This document shows, one piece after another, positions 19,366-28,599 of a stretch of DNA of 64,000 nucleotides. Positions within the stretch are counted from its first letter, which is position 1; the number at the start of each line of letters is the position of its first letter. The position numbers and the translations under genes were made by a program. Under the pieces are notes generated by a model, which made no database searches, was not told where the DNA came from, and saw only the letters and a list, made by a program, of their open reading frames with translations. The stretch lies in the IMG/VR virus record IMGVR_UViG_3300042882_001508. One strand, 5' to 3'. The DNA is from a virus.

Positions 19366-19566
19366 ATGCCACAAAGTAAAAAAAGAGGTGGTGCCAAGGC
19401 CCACAGAAAAAAAGTCAGTTCAAGAAACGAGACTATCAAAAAACAACAAGGTGCAATCCAAAAATTGTTTGAAGAATCTATTAAACTACAAGTAGAGGAG
19501 TTAAAGAAAAAAAATGCAGAATCCTCAGGAAATACGGTCTCAGACGAAGGAGTGGAATCTGTTTAA
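19366..19566 (+). CDS. Small basic protein
   Basis: Lys/Arg-rich N-terminus (MPQSKKRGGAKAHRKKVSSR). Confidence 0.3.
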   Translation: MPQSKKRGGAKAHRKKVSSRNETIKKQQGAIQKLFEESIKLQVEELKKKNAESSGNTVSDEGVESV

Positions 19567-19594
19567 TCCGAAACCAGAATATAATTATAAAAAG

Positions 19595-21925
19595 ATGGCT
19601 ACAAAGCTGGACATTTCTCAATTAGAAAATCCCAATATTCAAGTCATTTGGGAGGATACTGCGGAGAACTTTACACAAGAAAGAATCAAGTCAGTCAAAC
19701 AATACTTCTACAAAAAGTATGGTTCAACTAATGTAAACGTTATCACCAAGGTTAAAGTAACTGACGATTCACAGCAAACCATCGACGTGTCCATTAACCT
19801 TATGGACAAGAACTATCTTAGAGAACTTATTAAAAATCTATTGGAGTCCAAATCACTTGAGAAATATTACGAACAAGTGATGAATATAGATTTAGCAGTG
19901 GAGAACAAAATGACTGCTGAAGAAATTGAAGTATCACCATTCAAAAGGTGGTATATTAAAAAGATAGAGTTCAGTAACTTTTTATCTTATGGTGAAAATC
20001 AAATTTTGGACTTCGAAAAGTGTAATGGAATTTCTGTAGTTGAATCAGACCCACCAAACTTCGGAGGAAAAACAGTTCTAACGGTAGACCTTCTACTATT
20101 TTTATTTTTTAATACCACAACTAAAACTCAAAAAGCTGAGGAAATATTCAACAGATTTACGGACAAAAATAAGGTATCAGTCAGGGGAGAAATTCAAATT
20201 GATGGTGAGGAATATATAATTGCTCGTCAGATAGAAAGGAAGAAAGCGAAGTCTGGTGAATGGAATGTCAAAACAGAGTTAGATTTCTTCAAAAAACTTC
20301 CAAACGGAGAATTACAAAATTTCACAGGAGAACAAAGAAGAGAAACTGAGAACTTCATCAAAAACTCAATTGGAACAATGGATGACTTTTTGATGACTAT
20401 CTTAACAACGGCATCCAATCTTGAAGACTTACTCGAAGCTAAACCAACAGCAAGAGGACAAGTTTTATCAAGATTTTTGGGTTTGGAATTTTTGAGAAAG
20501 AAAGAAGAGTCTGCAAAAGAAATCTATTCTGATTTTTCAAAATCCATGATGTCCAATGTCTATAATACGGAAACCCTCAAACAAAACAACGAAGAACATA
20601 GTTCGGAGATTGAAACTCTAAACACTCAAATAGAATCAGCTCAAAAAAATATAGTTGACGTTGACAATAGATTGCAGAAAGGACAGGAATATAAAGAAAA
20701 CCTTCTCAAATCCAAGTTCAGTGATTTGGACCAAGAACTTGTCATTTTAAATCCAGCAAAACTCCAAGATGATATTCATTCTTTGGAAACTCAACAAAAT
20801 CAAACACAAAAAAGTATTGATGAGATTGAAATCGTTGAACCAAAAGAGTTTTATCATGAAGACAAACATGATGAGATTAAAGAGGAAATGAAGAGAGTAA
20901 ACGGTGAATTAGTTCTTGCTCAGAATAAGGTTGAAGAGATTGAACAACTTGTTAAAAAGTTTGGGGACGGCATTCAATGTGAACACTGCGGTATCAAACT
21001 TATGGAAGCTGCGCTAACCAAGAAGAAGATTGATGAGTTGGGTGATTGGGAAAAGAAAGTTGATAGTTTATCAAAAAAATGGAAGACCCTCGACTCCAAA
21101 GAAAAATCTTACACAAAAATTAAAAAAGATTTTGATGAGTATGAAAGAAAAAAATTGATTAGAGAAAAGTATGAAATCTCTTTGGAATCAATTAAGTTGA
21201 AGCTGGAGCAACAAAAATCAAAATTAAAAAAATACGAAGAGGTTCAGGATAAAATAAAGAAGAACAAAGAAATTGAGGCTCAATTAGTCAAAGCTAATCT
21301 TCGAATTGATGAATTAATAATTGAGAAGAGAGATTATGAAAGGGTCCAAACCTCAAACCAAACTCAAATAAAAAATTTACAAAGTCGGATTGAAAACAAT
21401 AACGACATCATTTTGAAAATCGCTGAAGAGTTTGAAAAAGAAAAAATATTCAAAATCTACCTCGATGTGTTTGGGAAGAACGGAATATCCAAAATCATCA
21501 TGAAAACAATGATGCCAATCATCAATCAAGAACTTCAGTTTCTATTGATGGATTCTTGTTACTTCAATTTGGAAATCAGAATTAATGATAAAAATGAAGT
21601 TGAATTCATTATGATTGACAATTCAACAGGGGTTGAAAAACTAATGACAAGTGGGAGTGGTTACGAAAAAACAATTGCCGCGCTGGCTCTTAGAGCTGTG
21701 TTGACAAAGGTATGTTCTTTACCGAAACCAAATATTATAGCGTTCGATGAGGTTTTCGGAAAAATATCAAATGACAACTTAGATTTGGTTGGTGAGTTTT
21801 TCACCAAATTGAAAAACTATTTCGAGAAAATTTTTGTAATTACACACAACCCAATGGTTAACAATTGGGCAAACAATATCATTAGGATTACAAAAGTTGA
21901 CAATATTTCAAAAGTTTCACAATAA
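19595..21925 (+). CDS. SbcC/Rad50-like SMC ATPase
   Basis: N-terminal P-loop (PNFGGKTVL); long central coiled coil containing a CxxC hook-like CEHCG; C-terminal signature SGSGYEK and Walker B IIAFDEVFG. Start revised to MATKL at 19595. Confidence 0.6.
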   Translation: MATKLDISQLENPNIQVIWEDTAENFTQERIKSVKQYFYKKYGSTNVNVITKVKVTDDSQQTIDVSINLMDKNYLRELIKNLLESKSLEKYYEQVMNIDLAVENKMTAEEIEVSPFKRWYIKKIEFSNFLSYGENQILDFEKCNGISVVESDPPNFGGKTVLTVDLLLFLFFNTTTKTQKAEEIFNRFTDKNKVSVRGEIQIDGEEYIIARQIERKKAKSGEWNVKTELDFFKKLPNGELQNFTGEQRRETENFIKNSIGTMDDFLMTILTTASNLEDLLEAKPTARGQVLSRFLGLEFLRKKEESAKEIYSDFSKSMMSNVYNTETLKQNNEEHSSEIETLNTQIESAQKNIVDVDNRLQKGQEYKENLLKSKFSDLDQELVILNPAKLQDDIHSLETQQNQTQKSIDEIEIVEPKEFYHEDKHDEIKEEMKRVNGELVLAQNKVEEIEQLVKKFGDGIQCEHCGIKLMEAALTKKKIDELGDWEKKVDSLSKKWKTLDSKEKSYTKIKKDFDEYERKKLIREKYEISLESIKLKLEQQKSKLKKYEEVQDKIKKNKEIEAQLVKANLRIDELIIEKRDYERVQTSNQTQIKNLQSRIENNNDIILKIAEEFEKEKIFKIYLDVFGKNGISKIIMKTMMPIINQELQFLLMDSCYFNLEIRINDKNEVEFIMIDNSTGVEKLMTSGSGYEKTIAALALRAVLTKVCSLPKPNIIAFDEVFGKISNDNLDLVGEFFTKLKNYFEKIFVITHNPMVNNWANNIIRITKVDNISKVSQ

Positions 21926-21961
21926 TTAATTTTTTCAATTTAATTACCCTACATTTGCATC

Positions 21962-22453
21962 ATGCAAATCTTTTTACCATATCCCAACTTCAGACAATCT
22001 CTGAAAGTGCTGGACAATAAGAGATTAGGAAAACAAAGGGTAGAAACCTATCAAATAATCTCTGCTATAACACGTAGGCCCAAATTGGACGGAACCCCCT
22101 ATAAAGGTTGGTTAAATCATCCTTGTACTGTAATGTGGAAAGACTATGTGCCTGCGCTCAAACTTTATTTGAAAATTTCAATAACGGAGTGGGTTGAAAG
22201 AGGTTTCAAAAACACAATGTTTGTTGAGGACTTGTCAGAAAAAGATATCATAATTCCACATTTCATTGGAAATGAAAAATTTCATTCGTCACATAGAGCA
22301 AATTTATTGAAAAAAGACCCTGAGTTTTACTCCAAATATGGTTGGACAGAAAATCCTTCAGACCCCTATGTTTGGATGGATGCTGAAGGAAAATGGTACG
22401 AACAACACTCAGGAAAAAATGGGAGAAAATATTATGAAGAAACTTACGTATAA
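21962..22453 (+). CDS. Possible pyrimidine-dimer DNA glycosylase (T4 DenV-like)
   Basis: N-terminal MQIFLPYPNFRQSLKVLDNKRLGKQRVE resembles the endoV-family N-terminus (M.RI.L.P..L.D.HL..E.RE). Weak call. Confidence 0.3.
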   Translation: MQIFLPYPNFRQSLKVLDNKRLGKQRVETYQIISAITRRPKLDGTPYKGWLNHPCTVMWKDYVPALKLYLKISITEWVERGFKNTMFVEDLSEKDIIIPHFIGNEKFHSSHRANLLKKDPEFYSKYGWTENPSDPYVWMDAEGKWYEQHSGKNGRKYYEETYV

Positions 22454-22964
22454 GAGAAAAGGAATTGTCCATCAACCTATTAAACATTGGAAAATGAACG
22501 ATGGGACAATAATTGCAATGTACCAAGGAGAAAGAGGGGTTAACCCAGATTTGGATTTCGTGGTAAAGTATCTTGCACCGAACAAACGATTGAGAGCTAT
22601 CTCACACACCCATTGGATTGTTGATTTACTCGTAAAATCATTTTCCAACAATATAAATGTAGAAGGGTTTGTGAATGATTGGTTGAAGCTTTACGATTCA
22701 ATAGAACCTTTCAAATCCGTCGAAGAGAGAAACAATTACCAACTTTTATACACAGAACAATTTTCTGAAAGTTATGATATTGCTCTCAATCACTATGGCA
22801 CATATAAAGTTGATTTTCTTTCCACAATAATAGAGCTCTTTACAAAATGTGAAAAACAAACTCCCAATGCTTTCATGTTCAAAGGTCTTTTACTTCTTAT
22901 GAAAGATTTTTGTGAGGGAAAGAAAGATTTCTATCAAATTATTTCTCATTCAAAAAGAGTTTAA
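22434..22964 (+). CDS. Hypothetical protein
   Basis: Start revised to MKKLTYK at 22434, a 20 nt overlap with the upstream gene. Confidence 0.4.
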   Translation: MKKLTYKRKGIVHQPIKHWKMNDGTIIAMYQGERGVNPDLDFVVKYLAPNKRLRAISHTHWIVDLLVKSFSNNINVEGFVNDWLKLYDSIEPFKSVEERNNYQLLYTEQFSESYDIALNHYGTYKVDFLSTIIELFTKCEKQTPNAFMFKGLLLLMKDFCEGKKDFYQIISHSKRV

Positions 22965-22986
22965 CCTATATTTGTAAAAATTAATT

Positions 22987-23499
22987 ATGAAAAAATATTT
23001 TTTGATTTTGTTTGGAGATTTTGAGTCTGAGGATATATGTAAGAAAGCGGCTTTAGCTTTAACCCCTCTTGTTGACTCCTCACATTTAAAATTCAATCAC
23101 ACCAAAGGGGCAATTGTGTTCCACTTTGCTACCGAAGTGTGTCAAGAAGAGATGTATGATTATATTATGGTAAGTCTTTTTGACATGGTTTCATCTTTTG
23201 TTCTCGCAGAAAATACTGACAAAGTGTCATTATATTTACCAAAAAAAGTAAGAGAACACTTGTTAGATTTAGACAACGACAGTGATGATGTTGAAATGAA
23301 GATTAATATTAATCAAACCCGTACCTTTGACGAGTTGGAGAAGGACGATGAGTTTGTGGCACTTCTTTTGGATGAAGTAAAAAAACAAATTAAAACTCCT
23401 ACCTTAGACCAACTTTTAGATAAGGTATTAGAAAAAGGAGTTGAATCTTTGACCCCATATGAAAAAGACACATTAGATTCTTACTCAAAGAACAAGTAA
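22987..23499 (+). CDS. Hypothetical acidic protein
   Basis: ORF with an acidic C-terminal half. Confidence 0.4.
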   Translation: MKKYFLILFGDFESEDICKKAALALTPLVDSSHLKFNHTKGAIVFHFATEVCQEEMYDYIMVSLFDMVSSFVLAENTDKVSLYLPKKVREHLLDLDNDSDDVEMKININQTRTFDELEKDDEFVALLLDEVKKQIKTPTLDQLLDKVLEKGVESLTPYEKDTLDSYSKNK

Positions 23500-23524
23500 A
23501 TATATAAATCCGTAAACCCACTTT

Positions 23525-24322
23525 ATGAAAGAAAAATCAGTAATCCCTATCAATCAAGAAGAAATTTCGAGTTACCTCAAAGACATTCGTAAAATTACTG
23601 TCATGACTCCTGAGAGAGAAAGAGAATTGGCAGAGAAAATGCTCAATCCCAATACATCTAATAAGGAAAAAGATGAAATTAAGAAAGAACTATTGGAAGG
23701 AAATCTCCGATTTGTAATTACTGTTTCTAAACAGTATCAAAATCAAGGATTAGATTTCCCTGACTTGGTTGCAGAAGGCAATTACGGATTAATGAAGGCA
23801 ATCGAAAATTTCGATTGGTCAAAAAAACTAAGATTTATTTCATACGCCGTTTGGTGGGTACGTCAGTCCATTCTTCAATCATTGAACGAGAACGCTAGAA
23901 CCATACGTCTTCCTGTAAACGTTGTACAAGAACTCCAAAAAGCAAAAAAAGAATTAGACAATGCTGGAGTTGAACTCCCTGATAAGTTTGTAAATCTTCC
24001 CTATACAGTAGATTTGGATAGTCCTCTCAACGAGGATGGTGACACACTTATGGATGTTTTGATAAACCCAAATGCAGATGCTGCTGATACTTGTGAATCA
24101 ACCGAGCAAACTCTTAAAGATAAATTGTTGTCTATGTTAGATGTCTTGGACGAACGAGAGAGGGTGATTATTGAGGATTATTTCGGTCTCACAGGTAACA
24201 CTAGAACCCTTGAAGATATTGGTAATGATTTTGATTTAACTAAGGAGAGGGTCCGACAAATTAAGGAGAAAGCCCTTCGAAAACTCCGAAATGAAACAGG
24301 AATTCTATTTGACTTCCTATAA
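23525..24322 (+). CDS. Sigma-70 family RNA polymerase sigma factor, Bacteroidetes sigma-A-like
   Basis: Region 2 RFVITVSKQYQNQGLDFPDLVAEGNYGLMKAIENFD and FISYAVWWVRQSI are close to Bacteroidetes RpoD. Region 4 helix-turn-helix is TLEDIGNDFDLTKERVRQIKEKALRKLR. A hairpin terminator follows the gene. Confidence 0.8.
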   Translation: MKEKSVIPINQEEISSYLKDIRKITVMTPERERELAEKMLNPNTSNKEKDEIKKELLEGNLRFVITVSKQYQNQGLDFPDLVAEGNYGLMKAIENFDWSKKLRFISYAVWWVRQSILQSLNENARTIRLPVNVVQELQKAKKELDNAGVELPDKFVNLPYTVDLDSPLNEDGDTLMDVLINPNADAADTCESTEQTLKDKLLSMLDVLDERERVIIEDYFGLTGNTRTLEDIGNDFDLTKERVRQIKEKALRKLRNETGILFDFL

Positions 24323-24330
24323 ATTGGATA

Positions 24331-24361
24331 AAAGGTGTATTTATATGATACACCTTTTATA
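24331..24361 (+). terminator. Intrinsic terminator after the sigma-factor gene
   Basis: aaaggtgtat / ttatatg / atacaccttt forms a 10 bp stem followed by ttat att. Confidence 0.55.
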
Positions 24362-24390
24362 TTTAAAGGATGTATTAAAATTATAATATT

Positions 24391-24675
24391 ATGAAAAAAT
24401 TTATCGAAACAAATTTTACCGTAATTGTACTTGTCATTGCCCTTCTCAGTTTCTTCAAAGGTTGTGGAGATTCTAGAGAGATTACAAAAATCAAAAAAGA
24501 AATTCAATCAATCAAAGATTCAACGTACACCAAACGTGAATTGAGTATTGAACTCAAAATTTCTGGATTGGAGGCTGAAAAAAGAATGATTCAGGCTACC
24601 GACAGAAAACTTTTGGATGTTAGAAGACAGACTGAAATTGAAGAAGAGATAAAAAAATTAAACAGTCTTAAATAA
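24391..24675 (+). CDS. Small membrane protein with a coiled-coil tail (holin or lysis-regulator candidate)
   Basis: N-terminal transmembrane helix FTVIVLVIALLSFF, followed by a charged coiled coil. Confidence 0.35.
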   Translation: MKKFIETNFTVIVLVIALLSFFKGCGDSREITKIKKEIQSIKDSTYTKRELSIELKISGLEAEKRMIQATDRKLLDVRRQTEIEEEIKKLNSLK

Positions 24676-25355
24676 TGAATTGGTTTCAGAAAAACTTCAA
24701 AACCCTTATATATTTTGCATTTTTGGTGCCAATTATAACGGTTGCGATAGTTTCTATTTCACACGTAACAAAATGGTACGGAATATCAAATCCATTTAGT
24801 TGGGCAATCTATCTATCTGTAGGTATAGAAATTGCTGCACTTTCTGCTCTTGCTGCGATTGCTGCACAGATGGGTAAGAAAGTTTATTTTCCTTTTATAA
24901 TTGTAACTCTTATACAGTTTATCGGTAACATATTTTTTGCTTACCAATACATTGACATCAATAGTCAGTCTTTTAAAGATTGGGTTGATATGGTTGACCC
25001 GATAGTAAGTTTTATGGGAGTTGAGTCAGGAGATTTTGTAGGTCACAAAAGATTTTTGGCATTATTTGCTGGTGGGATGCTTCCTATAATTTCCCTTTCA
25101 TTCTTGCACATGTTAGTTAAATTTGAAGAAGAGGGAAAAAAAGATAAAACCCTTGAGATTAATATTGAGGAACTAAGTAGAAAAGCAGGGAAAATGGAAG
25201 CTGAGATTGAAGAGGAAAGATATGTTCCATCAGAAGAAGACTTACAAAAACTAAACGAAGAACTTAATAAAATTCAACAGTTTCAAGAAATCGAACCTGA
25301 GGAAATTAGAAATAAAAGAAGATTGAGTTATTTAAAAAGGGATGCTCAAACTTGA
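24675..25355 (+). CDS. Multi-pass membrane protein (holin candidate)
   Basis: At least four hydrophobic helices and a charged C-terminal coiled coil. Confidence 0.4.
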   Translation: MNWFQKNFKTLIYFAFLVPIITVAIVSISHVTKWYGISNPFSWAIYLSVGIEIAALSALAAIAAQMGKKVYFPFIIVTLIQFIGNIFFAYQYIDINSQSFKDWVDMVDPIVSFMGVESGDFVGHKRFLALFAGGMLPIISLSFLHMLVKFEEEGKKDKTLEINIEELSRKAGKMEAEIEEERYVPSEEDLQKLNEELNKIQQFQEIEPEEIRNKRRLSYLKRDAQT

Positions 25356-25959
25356 GAAATACGGAAATTTTAAGTCTTTAGGCAAACACAAAGATAAGAC
25401 ACAAATAATTCTTTGTCATACATCAAGGGAGGTGGGGGATTATCTCACCTCCCTTAAATTTAGATACAATGGTAGGTATGATAAGATACCCAATTTTGTG
25501 CTCACAAACAAAGGGGAAATAATACAACTTTTGGACGTCCATGGATATTCTAATTACATCGGGGACGATGTAATGAACAAGAAATCTGTGACCGTAGTTT
25601 TGGAGAATTTAGGTTGGTTGGAGAAGAAACCCCTTACCGACTATTATATTAACTGGAATGCGAGTATTTATAAGGGTAAGGTTTTCGAGAAAAAGTGGAG
25701 AGATTATTTTTTTTGGGAACCATATAGGGAAGAACAAATTTTGAGTTTAGGTCAACTTTGTTCGGACTTATGTGAGGACCTACGAATACCTAAAACTTGT
25801 GTCGGACACAATACGAGAGTTGAGGGAATGACAAAGTTTGAAGGTATATGTTCAAGAAGTAATTACGACACAAGGTTTACAGACTTAAGTCCCTCATTTG
25901 ATTTCGAAACTTTAATTAAAAAAATTGAAAATGAACAATATACACAACGAGAGATATGA
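25342..25959 (+). CDS. Putative N-acetylmuramoyl-L-alanine amidase (Amidase_2/PGRP-like endolysin)
   Basis: IILCHTS ... VGHNTRVEG ... EGICSRS resembles the T7-lysozyme-type arrangement IFVHCSAT...HHEVAPKACP. It sits among membrane-protein genes. Confidence 0.4.
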   Translation: MLKLEKYGNFKSLGKHKDKTQIILCHTSREVGDYLTSLKFRYNGRYDKIPNFVLTNKGEIIQLLDVHGYSNYIGDDVMNKKSVTVVLENLGWLEKKPLTDYYINWNASIYKGKVFEKKWRDYFFWEPYREEQILSLGQLCSDLCEDLRIPKTCVGHNTRVEGMTKFEGICSRSNYDTRFTDLSPSFDFETLIKKIENEQYTQREI

Positions 25960-26503
25960 TGAAATCAAATCATTATTGAAAAAGTCGAGAATGATTTTTG
26001 AACAAACTGATTTGAATGGTCAAACTGACACTCAAATTGATGTTGCAAAAGACATCGAAACTAAAATAACTCAGGATGATGAGGAATTCAAAGATGAGGA
26101 AAAAACACCTGAGGACAAAGTTCAGAAATATAGAGTTTCTGGAGGTATTTTAGCTTTACACGGAAAGTACAAAACTGATTTGGATATTACTTCTGATGAC
26201 AAGATTGCCTTTCAACAAACAATGGATGAGTTCATTGATGAAGTTTCAGATTTAGTAGATTTCAACACTTTAGATGTATACCCTAACAATGTACAATGGT
26301 CAGGTAAATTAATTGATGAGAATATAGATTTTATTTTCTCAATAGGTGAGGATAGTGGAATTTATGTTCAAGGTAATATGATTAAAGTCGACGAAGATTT
26401 TATTGATACACTTAATAAACTTCAATCCTTCTTTGAAAAATTCAAATCCAAGTGGGCAAAAATTTTGGCTGGAAGGAAAAAAACCAGAGAACAAAATGTC
26501 TAA
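25925..26503 (+). CDS. Hypothetical acidic protein
   Basis: ORF with an Asp/Glu-rich composition. Confidence 0.4.
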   Translation: MKMNNIHNERYDEIKSLLKKSRMIFEQTDLNGQTDTQIDVAKDIETKITQDDEEFKDEEKTPEDKVQKYRVSGGILALHGKYKTDLDITSDDKIAFQQTMDEFIDEVSDLVDFNTLDVYPNNVQWSGKLIDENIDFIFSIGEDSGIYVQGNMIKVDEDFIDTLNKLQSFFEKFKSKWAKILAGRKKTREQNV

Positions 26504-26858
26504 AATTTTAAATTTTCTTAATTCAAACTACAAATTAATCCTCCAAGTTTCTTTTGGGATATTTGTATTATACTATTTAATATTCTTTTTGACACCGAAT
26601 GTTAGAATGTCTGCGAGTCAAAAACAACAACTCGACTCTTTGAATGTTGTGATAAATAAATTACACGAGGACAATTTGAAATTGGAGGGTAAAATCTCAG
26701 AGTTCAATGAGGAAATCAAGGAAGTTGATAACCATATTGGAAAAATAAAAGGTCAAAAAACCATAGTAAAAGAAATTTACCATGAAAAGATTAATAGCGT
26801 TGACAAGCTTACTGTTCGTGAGCTTGACAGTTTTTTCACAGACAGATACAACAAGTAA
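26496..26858 (+). CDS. N-terminal transmembrane plus coiled-coil protein (i-spanin-like topology)
   Basis: Start revised to MSKILNF at 26496. Transmembrane helix VSFGIFVLYYLIFFL, then a coiled coil. Confidence 0.35.
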   Translation: MSKILNFLNSNYKLILQVSFGIFVLYYLIFFLTPNVRMSASQKQQLDSLNVVINKLHEDNLKLEGKISEFNEEIKEVDNHIGKIKGQKTIVKEIYHEKINSVDKLTVRELDSFFTDRYNK

Positions 26859-27192
26859 TGTAAAATGTTTCCCAATTCCAGTTGTGAAACAAATTATGAA
26901 AGATGTTCTCAGTGGAGACTCCGCAAAAGCACAATTGAAACTAGCCGAGGAACAACTCATCCAAACTGAAAAGAAAGTTGTTTTGAAAGATAGCATCATT
27001 AATACTCTTAGATTGAAAGAGGAGAATTATAATACAATCATAGGCGCTGAAAGACAAAAGTTTGACATAATGGAAAAATACTCCAAGAAATTGGAATTCG
27101 ACTTGAAGAAAGAGAGAGTAAAAAATAAATTTAAATCAATTTTGGGAACCGGTGTAATCGCAGTGCTAGGTTTCTTTTTAATAACTAAGTAA
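26782..27192 (+). CDS. Secreted/membrane protein encoded in an alternate frame overlapping the previous gene (o-spanin-like arrangement)
   Basis: Signal-peptide-like MKRLIALTSLLFVSLTVFSQ, a coiled coil and a C-terminal transmembrane helix. A 77 nt out-of-frame overlap with the upstream gene recalls embedded spanin genes. It has no lipobox Cys. Confidence 0.3.
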   Translation: MKRLIALTSLLFVSLTVFSQTDTTSNVKCFPIPVVKQIMKDVLSGDSAKAQLKLAEEQLIQTEKKVVLKDSIINTLRLKEENYNTIIGAERQKFDIMEKYSKKLEFDLKKERVKNKFKSILGTGVIAVLGFFLITK

Positions 27193-27437
27193 TGGCACTC
27201 ACAAATTCAGAAATCAAAGAGATTGAAAGATTAATCCGTAAAGAGATAAGAGACTTTATGGAAACGTCTACAATCAAACAGTACGAAGATAAAATTTTGG
27301 ACAAAGTTCAAAAAGAAATCAAAAGGGGGAAGCTTGAAGGTGAGATTAAAGAAATTACTATAAAAATGTTCAGAGAATTTTATCAATTCATGTGGCAGAA
27401 CAGAAGTTATTGGGAACCAAGATTAAAAAATGCTTGA
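27192..27437 (+). CDS. Hypothetical protein
   Basis: ORF with tight coupling to its neighbours. Confidence 0.35.
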   Translation: MALTNSEIKEIERLIRKEIRDFMETSTIKQYEDKILDKVQKEIKRGKLEGEIKEITIKMFREFYQFMWQNRSYWEPRLKNA

Positions 27438-28572
27438 TATGAAAAGTAGTAGGAATGAATTTACAAATGCATTGAAATCCAATTTTTCCGCAGCGATGGG
27501 AGGGGCACAAACCCAAACTTTAATGCAAGACCTCAACAAGTTTTCAAAAGAAATGAAAGAAGATTTGGAAGGTGGAAAATCGGACAAAAAAACTCTTTTG
27601 GACCTTGCAATCAAACATGCAATGAAAGACAAAGTTTTGACCACTGGTCATAAAATAAATTCAATACTTGGAATTTTGAAATCTGAATTAAAAAAGGGTT
27701 TAGAAGTAGAAAAGGAACATACTGACAATGAGGAAACCGCTCGAGAAATTGCTATGGACCATTTGGCTGAAGACCCTCACTATTACACAAAGCTCAAAAA
27801 AATGGAAAACAATGAACAGATTATAAGAAAATCCGTTAAGAAAGGAATTGCGGACAAATTAATAGGAACAAATAAAATGGAAAAACCAATCGGTAAACTT
27901 TATTCTATAGGTAAATCTGAGACCAAAGAAAATGTTGGAAACTCAGCTAAAAGAGAATTTGCAAAAGATTTACAAATGGATAAAGATTATTTGGAATTTA
28001 AAAAGAACGCAAAAAAAAAGGAGGGGTATAAAGAATTCAATTATGGTGTTCCGAATGTAACGGTAGACGACCCATACATAAAGAAAACTAAATACAGTAG
28101 ACCCGGGAAGGAAGAAGCCACAGAAGCAACAAGTTCTGGTTCGAGTGGAGCTTATTCGGCACCTTTATTTGGTGGAGATAATGAATTTATTAAAAAAAGT
28201 GATAAAGAAACTCCGAAACTTGAAGAGGGTATCGCCGTTGGTGCTATGGGGTTAGACAAAGTTGAAGCGACTGAGGCAACAAGTTCGAGTTCAGTAGGTG
28301 GATATTCTACACCAGCAATGTGGGCAAAATCTACGAAGAAAAAGGACTGGGGACCTTCAAGAAAGACTCAGTATAAAGGAGGACAGTTTGTTCAAGTAAA
28401 GAAAAAATGTACCAAGTTTCCTTATTGCAATCAGGGAGACATCAACGCACTCAAACTTTCCAAAAACGAATCAGTTCAAAAAGCAATTAAAGAAGTTTCT
28501 AAAAAACATAATATTAGTGAAGACGTAATCAAAACAATTTTAGAGTATGAATATTCTAAAATTAAACCATAA
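27430..28572 (+). CDS. Lys/Glu-rich protein (scaffold or internal virion protein candidate)
   Basis: Highly charged low-complexity sequence. It contains the duplicated motif EATEATSSGSSGAYSAP / EATEATSSSSVGGYSTP. Confidence 0.45.
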   Translation: MLDMKSSRNEFTNALKSNFSAAMGGAQTQTLMQDLNKFSKEMKEDLEGGKSDKKTLLDLAIKHAMKDKVLTTGHKINSILGILKSELKKGLEVEKEHTDNEETAREIAMDHLAEDPHYYTKLKKMENNEQIIRKSVKKGIADKLIGTNKMEKPIGKLYSIGKSETKENVGNSAKREFAKDLQMDKDYLEFKKNAKKKEGYKEFNYGVPNVTVDDPYIKKTKYSRPGKEEATEATSSGSSGAYSAPLFGGDNEFIKKSDKETPKLEEGIAVGAMGLDKVEATEATSSSSVGGYSTPAMWAKSTKKKDWGPSRKTQYKGGQFVQVKKKCTKFPYCNQGDINALKLSKNESVQKAIKEVSKKHNISEDVIKTILEYEYSKIKP

Positions 28573-28599
28573 AACTAGATATTTATAAAGAAAAATAGA

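Noticed and set aside
19514-19594. The N-terminal 27 codons of the track ORF for the Rad50-like gene (MQNPQEIRSQTKEW...).
   Set aside because: They overlap the upstream small gene, and the SbcC-like homology begins after MATKL at 19595.
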